63,145 nt of DNA, taken from Acidimicrobiia bacterium (GTDB lineage Bacteria > Actinomycetota > Acidimicrobiia > Acidimicrobiales > Bin134). The position numbers were made by a program, and so were the translations under genes. Positions 35,240 to 44,292 of this stretch are shown piece by piece. Numbering within the stretch: position 1 is the stretch's first letter; each line of letters starts with the position of its first letter. The DNA lies in the NCBI GenBank assembly GCA_022821445.1, contig JAJEDQ010000003.1:1-63145 (forward strand), written 5' to 3'. The notes under the pieces are model-generated. The model ran no database searches. It was given only the letters and a program-made list of their open reading frames with translations, and had not been told where the DNA came from.

Positions 35240-35997
35240 GCGAGACCCCGGAACTGAGTGACCACGAGCTGGCTCACTGGTTGGCCCAGCAGGCGGGGGA
35301 ACAGCTCCAGGCCCTGTCTGATGAGATGGAGGAATCCCGTGCTGGCTACCTCCAACGGGAGATGGCGGGAGACCAGCTCAGCCATCGCTATCTCACCGGG
35401 GCGTTGGCCCAGCTCAGGCCCGACGACATGGTGCTGTCGGAGGAGGGGCGTGACGACGGCGCCCGCTTGGGTGCCGAACGGGTGTGGATAGTCGACCCGT
35501 TGGACGGCTCATCCGACTATGCCGACCAGTGGAGCGACACTTGGGCAGTCCATGTCGGGTTGGCAGTACACGGCGAACCGGCGGTCGGAGCAGTCTCTGT
35601 GCCCCCCTGGGGCCGCACATTCAGCACGATGAGCGCTGACGGGCCACCCGCCGATTCCGGCCGAAAGCGACCGCTGGTGGTGATGTCCCGCTCCCGGGTG
35701 AGGTGGGACAGCCACCGTCTGGCCCGCTACCTCGACGCCGACGTGTACGGCGTGGGTTCCGCCGGGGTGAAGGCCATGGCCGTGGTCACCGGCGAGGCCG
35801 ACGCCTGGGTTCACGCCGGCGGCCTCTACGAATGGGATACCTGCGCCCCCGTGGCCGTCGCGGTGGCCGCCGGTCTCCACGCTTCCCACCTCGACGGCTC
35901 CCCGCTGCTCTACAACCGTCGCGACCTCGCCCAGTGGGGCATCCTGATCTGCCGCCCTGAACTGGCTCCCGACCTCAAAGCGGCGTTCGCAGCCTGA
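35236..35997 (+). CDS. inositol monophosphatase / 3'(2'),5'-bisphosphate nucleotidase (CysQ-like) family protein
   Basis: The metal site is SEEGRDD...VWIVDPLDGSSDY, and WDTCAPVAVAVAAG is also present. The GTG 35236 start overlaps the upstream stop (GTGA). Confidence 0.75.
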   Translation: MSETPELSDHELAHWLAQQAGEQLQALSDEMEESRAGYLQREMAGDQLSHRYLTGALAQLRPDDMVLSEEGRDDGARLGAERVWIVDPLDGSSDYADQWSDTWAVHVGLAVHGEPAVGAVSVPPWGRTFSTMSADGPPADSGRKRPLVVMSRSRVRWDSHRLARYLDADVYGVGSAGVKAMAVVTGEADAWVHAGGLYEWDTCAPVAVAVAAGLHASHLDGSPLLYNRRDLAQWGILICRPELAPDLKAAFAA

Positions 35998-36015
35998 CCT
36001 CTCTATCCTCCGGCC

Positions 36016-37053
36016 ATGAGACTGGGCATGTTGGGAGCGGCGTGGATCGGGCCGATGGGGCTCATCGAGCCGGCGAAAGAGGTCGACGGGGTGGAAGTGG
36101 CCGCGGTGGCGGCTCGAGACCCGCAGCGGGCTCGGGCTTACGCCGATGAGCATGGCATACCCCTGGTGTTCGACAGCTACGACGATCTGCTGGCCTCTGA
36201 GGAGATCGACGCGGTGTACAACCCGCTGCCCAACTCCCACCACGCCCGCTGGGCCATCGTGGCGCTGGATGCAGGCAAGCCGGTGTTGTTGGAGAAGCCG
36301 TTCACCGCCAATGCCGACGAGGCCCGCCAGGTGGCCGAGGTCGCTGAGCGGACCGGGCTGGTGGTGATGGAGGCCTATCACTGGCCCTTCCACCCTCAAG
36401 CGCAACGGGCTATCGAGTTGGTGGCCGACGGTGCGGTGGGGGAGATGAGCCATGTAAAGGCGACCATGGTCTTCCCGTCGATGCACGGCGCCGACGACAT
36501 CCGCTACCGCTACGACCTGGCCGGCGGCGCCCTCATGGACACTGGCTCGTATGCCCTCAGCAACCTGCGGGCTTTCGGGGAGCTCGAGGCGGTGCGGGCC
36601 GAGTGCGAGGAGATGGCCCCGGACATCGACCGGAAGATGACCGCCGAGCTGCGCTATCGCCATAGCGGGGCCACCGCGTCCATGGTCTCGGAGTTCACCG
36701 GCACCGACCGCAAGGCCGAATTGGGCGACCCCGAGGACATTGATCCCGAGGCGTTCGGCTTCGAGTTCCGGGCCGAGGTGGTGGTGACCGGGTCAAAGGG
36801 GCGTCTCCTGATAGACAACCCGCTGGCCCCCATGTGGGGGAGTGGCCTCACCGTTACCGATCACGATGGCAACACCGTCCACCACGAACCGGCTGAGCAG
36901 GTTGCTACTTACACTTGCCAGCTTCGGGCCTTCCGAGCCTGCGTCGAAGACGACGGCCCCAACCTGTATCCCCCGTCGGAGTCGATCAAGACGATGGAAC
37001 TCATCGACGCGGTGTACCGGGCCGCGGGCCTCCCGATCCGGGTGGGCGTCTAG
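36016..37053 (+). CDS. Gfo/Idh/MocA family oxidoreductase
   Basis: MRLGMLGAAWIG, DAVYNPLPNSHHARW and LLEKPFTAN are typical of the family. Confidence 0.8.
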   Translation: MRLGMLGAAWIGPMGLIEPAKEVDGVEVAAVAARDPQRARAYADEHGIPLVFDSYDDLLASEEIDAVYNPLPNSHHARWAIVALDAGKPVLLEKPFTANADEARQVAEVAERTGLVVMEAYHWPFHPQAQRAIELVADGAVGEMSHVKATMVFPSMHGADDIRYRYDLAGGALMDTGSYALSNLRAFGELEAVRAECEEMAPDIDRKMTAELRYRHSGATASMVSEFTGTDRKAELGDPEDIDPEAFGFEFRAEVVVTGSKGRLLIDNPLAPMWGSGLTVTDHDGNTVHHEPAEQVATYTCQLRAFRACVEDDGPNLYPPSESIKTMELIDAVYRAAGLPIRVGV

Positions 37054-37880
37054 CCGCGGGCCTCGTCGAGCACGCGGCGGGTGGCGTCGCCCAACAGCCG
37101 GGCGAATCCCACCGCCCCTATAGCCTCCAACCGGTCGGAGTCGAACACCTCCAGAGTCACCGGCGCGCCGGATCCGGCAGCCCGGATAGTCCTCAGCGCA
37201 CCGACCAGGTCCATAACCCCCTCGCCGGGAACACAGCGCCGGTACCGGGTGGCCCATCCCAGGTCGTCGGGGAACTCCACCGGAGCATCGTTGAGCTGGA
37301 TGGCCCCCACCAGGCCACCAGTAATAGAGGCGAAGTCAGAGAAGTCGCCGGGGCCGTAATGCACATGCCAGAAGTCCACCGTCAGGCCGCAGTTGGCCCG
37401 GCCCGTGGCGGCCACCACCTCGGCGCTGGTGCGAGGGTCGGGGATGGGCCGGCTGCGGCTGAACTCCATGAACACATCCACCCCGACGGAAGCACCCTGG
37501 TCGGCTAGACCAGCCATAGCCTCAGTCGCTTGCTCTCTGGTCGCTGATCCCGCGCACACCAGCAGCGAGTTCACTCCGGCAGCGCCCAGAGCGGCAGCCG
37601 CCTCGAACACCGTCTCTCGGGGGGCTTCCTCGTAATACGGTCCGCCGGGGTCGTCGGAGCCCACCCATACGATGGCAGCGTCCATGTCGGCCACGGCCAG
37701 CCCGGCCTCGCGGATGCGCTCGCCCAAAGCCGGGTCAGCCGGGTACACCGCGGGCCACAAGGTCAGACCGGCGAATCCCCCGGCCACGGCGGCCTCCACC
37801 AGCACCTCAATCGGCGGGTTGTCCAGCGTGCCCGAGCTGAGCACCAGATCGTCAGGACCGAGGGCCATGTCCCATAGCAT
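37050..37880 (-). CDS. sugar phosphate isomerase/epimerase (xylose isomerase-like TIM barrel) family protein
   Basis: The call rests on general family resemblance (AGFAGLTL..., ...FWHVHYGPGD..., LEVFDS). There is a 4-nt overlap with the convergent upstream gene end. Confidence 0.65.
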   Translation of the reverse strand: MLWDMALGPDDLVLSSGTLDNPPIEVLVEAAVAGGFAGLTLWPAVYPADPALGERIREAGLAVADMDAAIVWVGSDDPGGPYYEEAPRETVFEAAAALGAAGVNSLLVCAGSATREQATEAMAGLADQGASVGVDVFMEFSRSRPIPDPRTSAEVVAATGRANCGLTVDFWHVHYGPGDFSDFASITGGLVGAIQLNDAPVEFPDDLGWATRYRRCVPGEGVMDLVGALRTIRAAGSGAPVTLEVFDSDRLEAIGAVGFARLLGDATRRVLDEARG

Positions 37881-37888
37881 GGCACCCC

Positions 37889-38860
37889 ATGTCCGCTAAT
37901 CCCTCTACTGTCACCGCCACTCATCCCGACGACGAGTTCCACCCGCCCACGTCCGACGACCCCTATTGGACCGAGACTTGCTGGTTTACCTTTGCCGCCC
38001 CCGAGCGCAAGCTGTCGGGCCAGCTCTATCCGTTCTTCCGGCCCAACCAGGGGGTCACATCGGGCGGGGCCTTCTTCTGGGACACCGGCGGCGACCAGAT
38101 CTGGAACTGCCGCTACGCCAAGAACTTCTGGCACCTGCCCCTGCCCGATCAGCCGCTGAGCGATATCGAGCTCCCCAACGGCATCCGCTACCAGGCGGTT
38201 GAGCCGCTGAAGAAGTACCGGATCAGGTTCCTATGCCGAGACGACGGGGAGGCCGAGGTGGACCTGACGTTCACCGCGGTGTGCCCGCCCAACTATCTGG
38301 GTGACGGCCATTTGGACCAGCCGGGCCGCTACCAGGGCTCTATTCGGCTGGGAGATGACACCTACGAGGTGGACGCCTACGGCATGAGGGACCGGTCGTG
38401 GGGGCCGCGCAGCCAGTTCGGCGCCACGCTGCACGGTGCGGTACGGGGCGGTTACAGCTACGCCACCGCCTCTGACACCGACGGGTTCCACGCCCTGACC
38501 ATGGCCTACGGCGAGGGCGACGGCCCCGACTGCACCGTCATCCACGGCTACTACCTGCGCGACGGCGAGTACTCCCGGCTGGTGCCCGGACAGGGACGAC
38601 GGGATGTGCTGGAGCGGGACCCCGGTACCGGCGCCCCCACCGTGGTGCGCATCTCTGCGGTGGACGAGTCAGGGCGCGAGCTGGTGGCCACCAGCCGGTC
38701 GGTGAACCGGATCGGCGTCCACCTCAATCCCAACTTGTGGACGTGGAACTGCCTCAGCGAGTGGACCTTCGGCGACGCGGTTGGCTGGGGCGAGGACCAT
38801 GACAACTGGAGTGCAGCCGGCTACCGCCGCTTTGTACGCGGCCACCTCGGCTTGGAGTGA
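37889..38860 (+). CDS. hypothetical protein (beta-rich, no family recognised with confidence)
   Basis: 323-aa ORF with strong coding bias and W/Y-rich segments (YWTETCWFTF, NFWHLPLP). I found no catalytic motif. Confidence 0.5.
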   Translation: MSANPSTVTATHPDDEFHPPTSDDPYWTETCWFTFAAPERKLSGQLYPFFRPNQGVTSGGAFFWDTGGDQIWNCRYAKNFWHLPLPDQPLSDIELPNGIRYQAVEPLKKYRIRFLCRDDGEAEVDLTFTAVCPPNYLGDGHLDQPGRYQGSIRLGDDTYEVDAYGMRDRSWGPRSQFGATLHGAVRGGYSYATASDTDGFHALTMAYGEGDGPDCTVIHGYYLRDGEYSRLVPGQGRRDVLERDPGTGAPTVVRISAVDESGRELVATSRSVNRIGVHLNPNLWTWNCLSEWTFGDAVGWGEDHDNWSAAGYRRFVRGHLGLE

Positions 38861-38866
38861 GCGCTA

Positions 38867-40195
38867 TCAGCCAGCCTGGCGGTAGTCGGCCAAATCGACT
38901 CCGTCGATGAGATCGGCGAACTCGGGGGTGACCCCGACGTCGAGCCGATCGGTCAGATTGGCCAGGAAAAATGACGTTGCCAGGTGTTTGAGAGCAGCCT
39001 GCATGGCCAGGGGATCAGCGTTCTCCGGAGTGCATCCGTCTTCGGCCCGGGCTACTTGTTCCGCGCCGAGGAGAGGTTCGAGTATGCCCAGGCCGCCTCC
39101 GGCGAGAATGACGGGGCAGCTGTCGGTGAAGCTGTTGTGGCCGGCCTGAGCCAGGTTGACGAACGTCTTGGGTCCGGGGGCTGAGTCGTAACTGGCCAGA
39201 CTCCTATCGGTAGGCACGGTGATGTCTAGTTCAGCCACGACTACCAGAATCGGCTTTTCTGCCCCCTCGGGGGGAACCGCACCGCCGCCAGCCAGCGGTA
39301 TGGCGGCCAAAACCGACTCGTTGGCCAATGCGCCCAGTGCGGTACTGGCCCCGGCGGAATGGCCGATCACTCCCACCCGGGCGGTGTCGACGGCGCCCCC
39401 GAATGTCGATTCCAGGGCAACCAGGGTGTTGGCCACATCGGCTTGGTCTTTCTCGGGGCTGGACTCCGCAGTTCCAAACGCCTGGGCGGGCAGGTTCCTG
39501 TGGATGTGTTCGGGGGATGCGGCTATGAAGCCATGTGAGGCCATATGGGTGGTCAAGAAGATGGCAACGTCTCGGTGACCGCCAAACCCGTGGCTGTAGA
39601 TGACCACAGGATAAGACCTCCCGTCGGCCAGCGGTGCGTCGCGATAGGAGTTGGTCTCAACCGGGCTTTGCATGCTCTCGGGGATCAGGGCTCGAAAGGC
39701 CGCGGGAGTGGCTTGGGAGGAGTCGTAGATTTCGGTGTCCATATCGGCCACCGCGTCTGAATCGGCGGGGTACCACACTGAAAGCGGCTGCTGGCCGGGT
39801 TCTCCGCCCAGTTCAAGGGTTCTGACCCCTATGGGGAACTCGCCGAACTCTATGAGCGCGACCGGAGGCTCAGGGGTGGGCTCGGTAGTCGGGGCTGGTG
39901 TGGGCACCGGGGAAGGTGCAGGCGTGGGCTCGGGGGGCGCCGGGGTTGGCTCAGGTTCGGGTGAGGGTGCCTGGGTGGGCGCGGGTGTGGGCGCAGGCGC
40001 CTCGGTGGGTGCGGGTTCCGGTGTCGATGCCTCCGTGGGAGTCGCGATCGAAGGGTTGTCATCGTTGGAGGAGCAGCCCGCTGCGACCAGGGCCGTCGCC
40101 ACAAAGAGGGCAAGCACCGCCCAGGCGGTGCGAGCCCTACGACGGGGCCGCCCCGCTTTTCGCCTCTCTGTCTGATCCGAATAAGCTCCAACCAT
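38867..40195 (-). CDS. secreted lipoprotein alpha/beta hydrolase (PAF-acetylhydrolase / lipase-like)
   Basis: The signal peptide plus lipobox is WAVLALFVATALVAAGCSS, followed by a Pro/Thr/Glu-rich linker. YPVVIYSHGFGGH and the nucleophile elbow GVIGHSAGAS are present. The start ATG 40195 is preferred over the track start at 40282. Confidence 0.7.
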   Translation of the reverse strand: MVGAYSDQTERRKAGRPRRRARTAWAVLALFVATALVAAGCSSNDDNPSIATPTEASTPEPAPTEAPAPTPAPTQAPSPEPEPTPAPPEPTPAPSPVPTPAPTTEPTPEPPVALIEFGEFPIGVRTLELGGEPGQQPLSVWYPADSDAVADMDTEIYDSSQATPAAFRALIPESMQSPVETNSYRDAPLADGRSYPVVIYSHGFGGHRDVAIFLTTHMASHGFIAASPEHIHRNLPAQAFGTAESSPEKDQADVANTLVALESTFGGAVDTARVGVIGHSAGASTALGALANESVLAAIPLAGGGAVPPEGAEKPILVVVAELDITVPTDRSLASYDSAPGPKTFVNLAQAGHNSFTDSCPVILAGGGLGILEPLLGAEQVARAEDGCTPENADPLAMQAALKHLATSFFLANLTDRLDVGVTPEFADLIDGVDLADYRQAG

Positions 40196-41360
40196 GGGCC
40201 GAAAGTACAAGGTAATTAGCGCTGATGGGCATGTGGAGACGCCGCCCGATGTATTCGTGAAGTACGTACCCGAGCGATACAAGGACCGGGCACCCCGTCT
40301 GATCCACCTCCCCGAGGGGGGAGAGGGGTGGCTGATCGAAGGTCAGCCGCTTCTCCGCAACGGCCAGAACATCGCCGGGCGCGACAAGGTGAAGTTCTCC
40401 GGCGGCACCTATTTCAACGCCGACGGCAGCCCGGCCGAGGGGGCTGGTCCCGCCGAGCAGCGCCTCCGGGAGCAGGATCTCGACGGCATCGACGCCGAGG
40501 TGCTGTTCCCGCCGGTGTTCGCCAGCCGATTCCTTGAAGGAATCAAGGACCCCGACGTGTACCGCTCCATGATCCGGGCCTACAACACGTTCTTGGCTCA
40601 CGACTACTGCTCGGTGGCCCCCGACCGGCTCATCGGCAATGCGGTGACCCCCATCACCGGCATCGACCACGCGGTGGAGGAACTGGAGTTCGTCGCCGAT
40701 GCCGGCCTGCCATCGGTGGCGTTCTACAACTTCCCCAACGGCTCTCCCTACGCCGATCCGGTGGACGACCGATTCTGGGAGAAGAGCCTGGAGCTGGGCC
40801 TCAAGCTGGCCCCCCACTTCGGCTTCGGGGCGGGGCAGGCCCCGCTCCAATCAGCGGCCAAGGGAACGTCCGACAGTCCCTGGGCGAGCGCACTGGTGCA
40901 GCGGGCCGGCAGCCACTCCCCGGTGTACTGCATGGCCCAGCTCATCGCCGCTGGCGTGCTGGAGCGGTTCCCCGAGATCAAGTTCTACTTCGCCGAGACC
41001 AACGCCAGCTGGCTGCCCGGCACGCTCTACTTCATGGACGACAACTACGACCTGTTCGGCGACTGGTTCAAGGTGAGCTACGAGCGCAAGCCGAGCGAGC
41101 AGATACTCGACCACTTCCACTTCAGCGTGATCCGCGATCCGGTGGTGTTCGACATGGTCGACATCATCCCGTGGGACAACATCATGTGGGGCACCGACTT
41201 CCCCCACTCGGTGGGGTCGTTCCCCGACTCCCAGGAGTTCATCGAAGAGAACTTCACCAAGGTGGACGAGTCGATCTCCCGCAAGGTGCTGCTGGAGAAT
41301 CCGGCCAAATACTTCGATCTAGACCTCGACGCAGACATCACCGAGACGCCGGCGGCCTAG
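40194..41360 (+). CDS. amidohydrolase family protein (amidohydrolase_2)
   Basis: KVISADGHVETPP is the metal His region, and IMWGTDFPHSVG is the family motif. Confidence 0.8.
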   Translation: MGRKYKVISADGHVETPPDVFVKYVPERYKDRAPRLIHLPEGGEGWLIEGQPLLRNGQNIAGRDKVKFSGGTYFNADGSPAEGAGPAEQRLREQDLDGIDAEVLFPPVFASRFLEGIKDPDVYRSMIRAYNTFLAHDYCSVAPDRLIGNAVTPITGIDHAVEELEFVADAGLPSVAFYNFPNGSPYADPVDDRFWEKSLELGLKLAPHFGFGAGQAPLQSAAKGTSDSPWASALVQRAGSHSPVYCMAQLIAAGVLERFPEIKFYFAETNASWLPGTLYFMDDNYDLFGDWFKVSYERKPSEQILDHFHFSVIRDPVVFDMVDIIPWDNIMWGTDFPHSVGSFPDSQEFIEENFTKVDESISRKVLLENPAKYFDLDLDADITETPAA

Positions 41361-41398
41361 TGGTCAGGGCTCCTCGGGAGTACCGAGCGGCCTGAGAA

Positions 41399-42523
41399 TC
41401 AGCTCAGATCGAGCACCCCTCGGGCCAGCTTCCCGGCCCCGAGGTCGTCGAACGCCTTGTCGAGTTCGGCCAGGTCGTAGGTGGCCGACACCAACTCGTC
41501 CAGCAGCAGCCGACCGTCGAGATACAAGTCCACCAGGGCGGGAATGTCGAACGCGGGGCGGGCTGATCCGTAGCGGCAGCCCATGATCGACTTGTTCTGA
41601 TAGAGCTTGAACGGGGCGAGCTCCATCCGGGAGTCCATGCCCGCCACTCCCAAGATCACCATGCTGCCGCCAGGGCGCAGCATCTCCACCGCGTCCAGCA
41701 TCAGCGAGGTGTTGCCCACGCACTCCACCGAGCAGTCCACCCCGCCTGCGGTGATCTCCCGCACGGTTTCGATTGACGGGTCTTGGCCGGAGTCCACGAA
41801 GTGGGTGGCGCCGAATTGGCGGGCAAATCCCTCCTTGGCGGGGTTGTTGTCGACGGCGACGATCTTGGTGGCCCCGGCGATGCGGGCGGCCTGGATCACG
41901 TTGAGGCCGATACCCCCCACGCCGATTACCGCCACGGAGTCGCCCCGGTAGACCTGGGCTCGGTTGAAAATGGCGCCGGTTCCGGTGAGCACGCCGCAGC
42001 CGATAAGGCAGGCGCTGGTGAACGGCACCCGCTTGTCGATGGCCACAACTTGGCCTTGGCCTACCACCACCTCCTCGGCGAACACGCCGGTGTTGGCGAA
42101 GCCCATGATCTCCTTGCCCTGGTAGGTGAAGTAAGCGGGCAAGTCGCCGGGGCCGGGCTCCTCGCCGGTCTCATTGCGCTTGGCGATGGCCGCCCCCAGT
42201 TTGGAGGTCTGGCACAAGGTGGGGTGGCCAGTGGCACATACCGAGCAGCGCCCGCAGTTGTCGATGGTGGCGATAACCACGTGATCACCGGCTTCCACGG
42301 TTGTCACATCGCGGCCCACCGCCACCACCTGGCCGGCACCCTCATGGCCCATCACGAATGGCGGGGAGAACATCTGTCCAAAGGTCCCGTTGATCACCGA
42401 CACGTCGGAGTGACACACCCCGGCTGCCCCGATCCGCACTCGAACCTGATCGGGTTCGAGGTCGGTCACCCCGAGCCCATCGACCACAACCGCGCCCTCG
42501 CCGTCGAACAAGATGCCCCGCAT
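41399..42523 (-). CDS. zinc-dependent alcohol dehydrogenase (class III / mycothiol-dependent formaldehyde dehydrogenase-like)
   Basis: The catalytic Zn site is GVCHSDVSVINGTF...GHEGAG, the structural Zn cluster is CGRCSVCATGHPTLC, and the NAD fold is VIGVGGIGLN. Confidence 0.85.
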   Translation of the reverse strand: MRGILFDGEGAVVVDGLGVTDLEPDQVRVRIGAAGVCHSDVSVINGTFGQMFSPPFVMGHEGAGQVVAVGRDVTTVEAGDHVVIATIDNCGRCSVCATGHPTLCQTSKLGAAIAKRNETGEEPGPGDLPAYFTYQGKEIMGFANTGVFAEEVVVGQGQVVAIDKRVPFTSACLIGCGVLTGTGAIFNRAQVYRGDSVAVIGVGGIGLNVIQAARIAGATKIVAVDNNPAKEGFARQFGATHFVDSGQDPSIETVREITAGGVDCSVECVGNTSLMLDAVEMLRPGGSMVILGVAGMDSRMELAPFKLYQNKSIMGCRYGSARPAFDIPALVDLYLDGRLLLDELVSATYDLAELDKAFDDLGAGKLARGVLDLS

Positions 42524-42559
42524 AGTTGGTGCTCCTCTCTGCCTATGACCGTTTGATGC

Positions 42560-43303
42560 CTATTGCCGATTGATATAGGTGTCGTCTTCGTATGCCTCGG
42601 GGCCGGTGAGCGTGCCAGGGGCTGGGGTCATCAGCTCCTCCCGAAAGCGAGTGGTGTACTGCTGGGCTGCCGCTCGCCACGCCACCAGCCGGTCGTCGCT
42701 CTCGACCCCCTCGTCGAATCCGCCGGCGGCGTCGGCAGCCTTGTTCAATCGAATATAGGCCTCGGGGGAAGCGGCCCACACCGTACACACCTCGTAGTCG
42801 TGATGCAGCACCTCCCACAGGCCCATGCAGGTGTAGCCGTATTCGGCGGCGGCGGGCTGGTAGTCGGCAGCCATGGCGGCCAGATAATCGCGGGCCGACC
42901 CGGGCCGCACCTCGGTCAACTCGTGGATGTACAGCGTGCCCCGCACCTCGCCGGCGAGCACCGATGCCACCGGAGGCGATTCGGGTACCGATCCGAGCAC
43001 TCGGTCGTAGCCTCCGGTGCGGAGTTTGTAGGCCTCCTCCCACCATTCGTCGAGCAGGTCGTTGGACTTCCGCTTGAGGTTGAGGCGGTCCACCCGCTCC
43101 AGCCAGCCGTCCCAGCCCCCCGAGTCCCACAGGTTCACCACCTGAGGCCAACGGGCAGTGATCCCCATGGTGTACCAGGTGCCCAAGAGCTCGAAACCAA
43201 CCCGGGCGTCCCGGTTCTGGATCTTGATGTGCTCCATGTAGGGCCACGCCGCCTGGCCCATGATGTCGACATACTCGTGCAAGATGATCTCTCGTTTTGC
43301 CAC
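42560..43303 (-). CDS. NIPSNAP-like (dimeric alpha/beta barrel, two repeats) family protein
   Basis: Two repeats of an ...I.ELR.Y...-like pattern are present (ILHEYVDIM..., YIHELTEVRPG...). The family assignment is tentative. Confidence 0.5.
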   Translation of the reverse strand: MAKREIILHEYVDIMGQAAWPYMEHIKIQNRDARVGFELLGTWYTMGITARWPQVVNLWDSGGWDGWLERVDRLNLKRKSNDLLDEWWEEAYKLRTGGYDRVLGSVPESPPVASVLAGEVRGTLYIHELTEVRPGSARDYLAAMAADYQPAAAEYGYTCMGLWEVLHHDYEVCTVWAASPEAYIRLNKAADAAGGFDEGVESDDRLVAWRAAAQQYTTRFREELMTPAPGTLTGPEAYEDDTYINRQ

Positions 43304-43359
43304 GGCCAGGACACTACCGGGAGATGCCGATCAAGGAGTTGTTGAGAGCTCTGGGCCCT

Positions 43360-43662
43360 TCAGATGAGCACCGCCACCACGATTACCAGCACGATCACGG
43401 CAACGAGGGCCACTGACGCCAGCAGCATGGCCCCGGGCAGCCGTTTGCCGAAGAGGCGGATCACTCGCCGGCTGGGGATGGGCGGAGCTGGCTCGTTAAG
43501 GGGGATTGCCCGGGGGGCCACTGCGATGCCAGGCGGGTCGATGCCAGACTGCTCTCCGTCGCGGACCTTTTCAGTCCATTGCGTACCATCCCACCACCGG
43601 GCGTCATGCCGCCCGAATGGGTCGGTATGCCAAGAGGCCTCGGGTTCGGGGTTCGCTGCCAA
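43360..43662 (-). CDS. DUF2510-domain membrane protein (start uncertain)
   Basis: WHTDPFGRHDARWWDGTQWTEKV is the DUF2510 signature, and there is a C-terminal TM segment (AMLLASVALVAVIVLVIVVAVLI). TTG 43662 is chosen to avoid overlap with the divergent gene; the track start is 43812. Confidence 0.55.
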   Translation of the reverse strand: MAANPEPEASWHTDPFGRHDARWWDGTQWTEKVRDGEQSGIDPPGIAVAPRAIPLNEPAPPIPSRRVIRLFGKRLPGAMLLASVALVAVIVLVIVVAVLI

Positions 43663-43708
43663 CTCGATGCTGAGTCTAACCAGACCGACAGTCTGCTGGC
43701 AGGGCAGA

Positions 43709-44257
43709 ATGGCGGCTGTGGACAGCCAGGCCCAGCTTGCCGAACTTTCGTCCAAGCAAGAGATCATCGAACTGCTGTATCGGTACTGCCGGGGGGTGGA
43801 CCGCCTCGACATGGACCTCGTCCGCTCGTGCTACCACCCGGATGCCACCGATTCCCACGGCACTTTTGAGGGCACTGTGGACGAGTATCTGGTGTGGAGC
43901 GAGCGCCTGTTGCGTCGCTACACCGGCTCGGTCCACAACGTGTTGAACGTGTTCGTAGAAGTCGACCCGGAGTTGGCAACTTCTGCCGATGGAGGCACTG
44001 TGCAATGGGCTCGCTCCGAAGCCCACGGCATCGCCCGGCATTGGACTGAGGGAGGGCCGCCGGATTTGAACCTGTCGGTGGGCTTCCGCTTCATTGACGA
44101 CGTGTGCCGGCGAGGAGGCGGACCTTGGCTCATCCAGCGGCGGGTGGCCACCACGGAATGGGTGCGAGAAGAACAGTTCCGTCCGTTCGATGAGCGCTTC
44201 TTGCGGGGCAGCCGAGACCGCTCTGATCCGGTTTATGCTCCCCGTCCTGACCAATAG
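43709..44257 (+). CDS. SnoaL-like / NTF2-fold family protein
   Basis: LSSKQEIIELLYRYCRGVDRLDMDLVRSCYHPDATDSHG is a typical SnoaL_4 N-terminus. ATG 43709 lies within track ORF 43364..44257. Confidence 0.6.
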   Translation: MAAVDSQAQLAELSSKQEIIELLYRYCRGVDRLDMDLVRSCYHPDATDSHGTFEGTVDEYLVWSERLLRRYTGSVHNVLNVFVEVDPELATSADGGTVQWARSEAHGIARHWTEGGPPDLNLSVGFRFIDDVCRRGGGPWLIQRRVATTEWVREEQFRPFDERFLRGSRDRSDPVYAPRPDQ

Positions 44258-44292
44258 GCCACTGGCCGAACCGAGAACTACCATCGGCTGCC

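Noticed and set aside
35509-36663. 384-aa minus-strand ORF, plus analogous long shadow ORFs at 44895..46067, 15745..16806, 17496..18284, 40137..40850, 6756..7712 and 9640..10596.
   Set aside because: Each overlaps a well-supported gene on the opposite strand (cysQ-like/Gfo-Idh-MocA, hydrolase/HBD, fhs, xylA, amidohydrolase, DUF222-HNH, nuoEF-like). None has a recognisable domain, so I treat them as high-GC artefacts.
41361-41398. A bidirectional terminator between the convergent amidohydrolase and ADH genes.
   Set aside because: I found only a weak 5-bp stem (CTCGG-GAGTA-CCGAG) and no U-tract, which is too weak to call.
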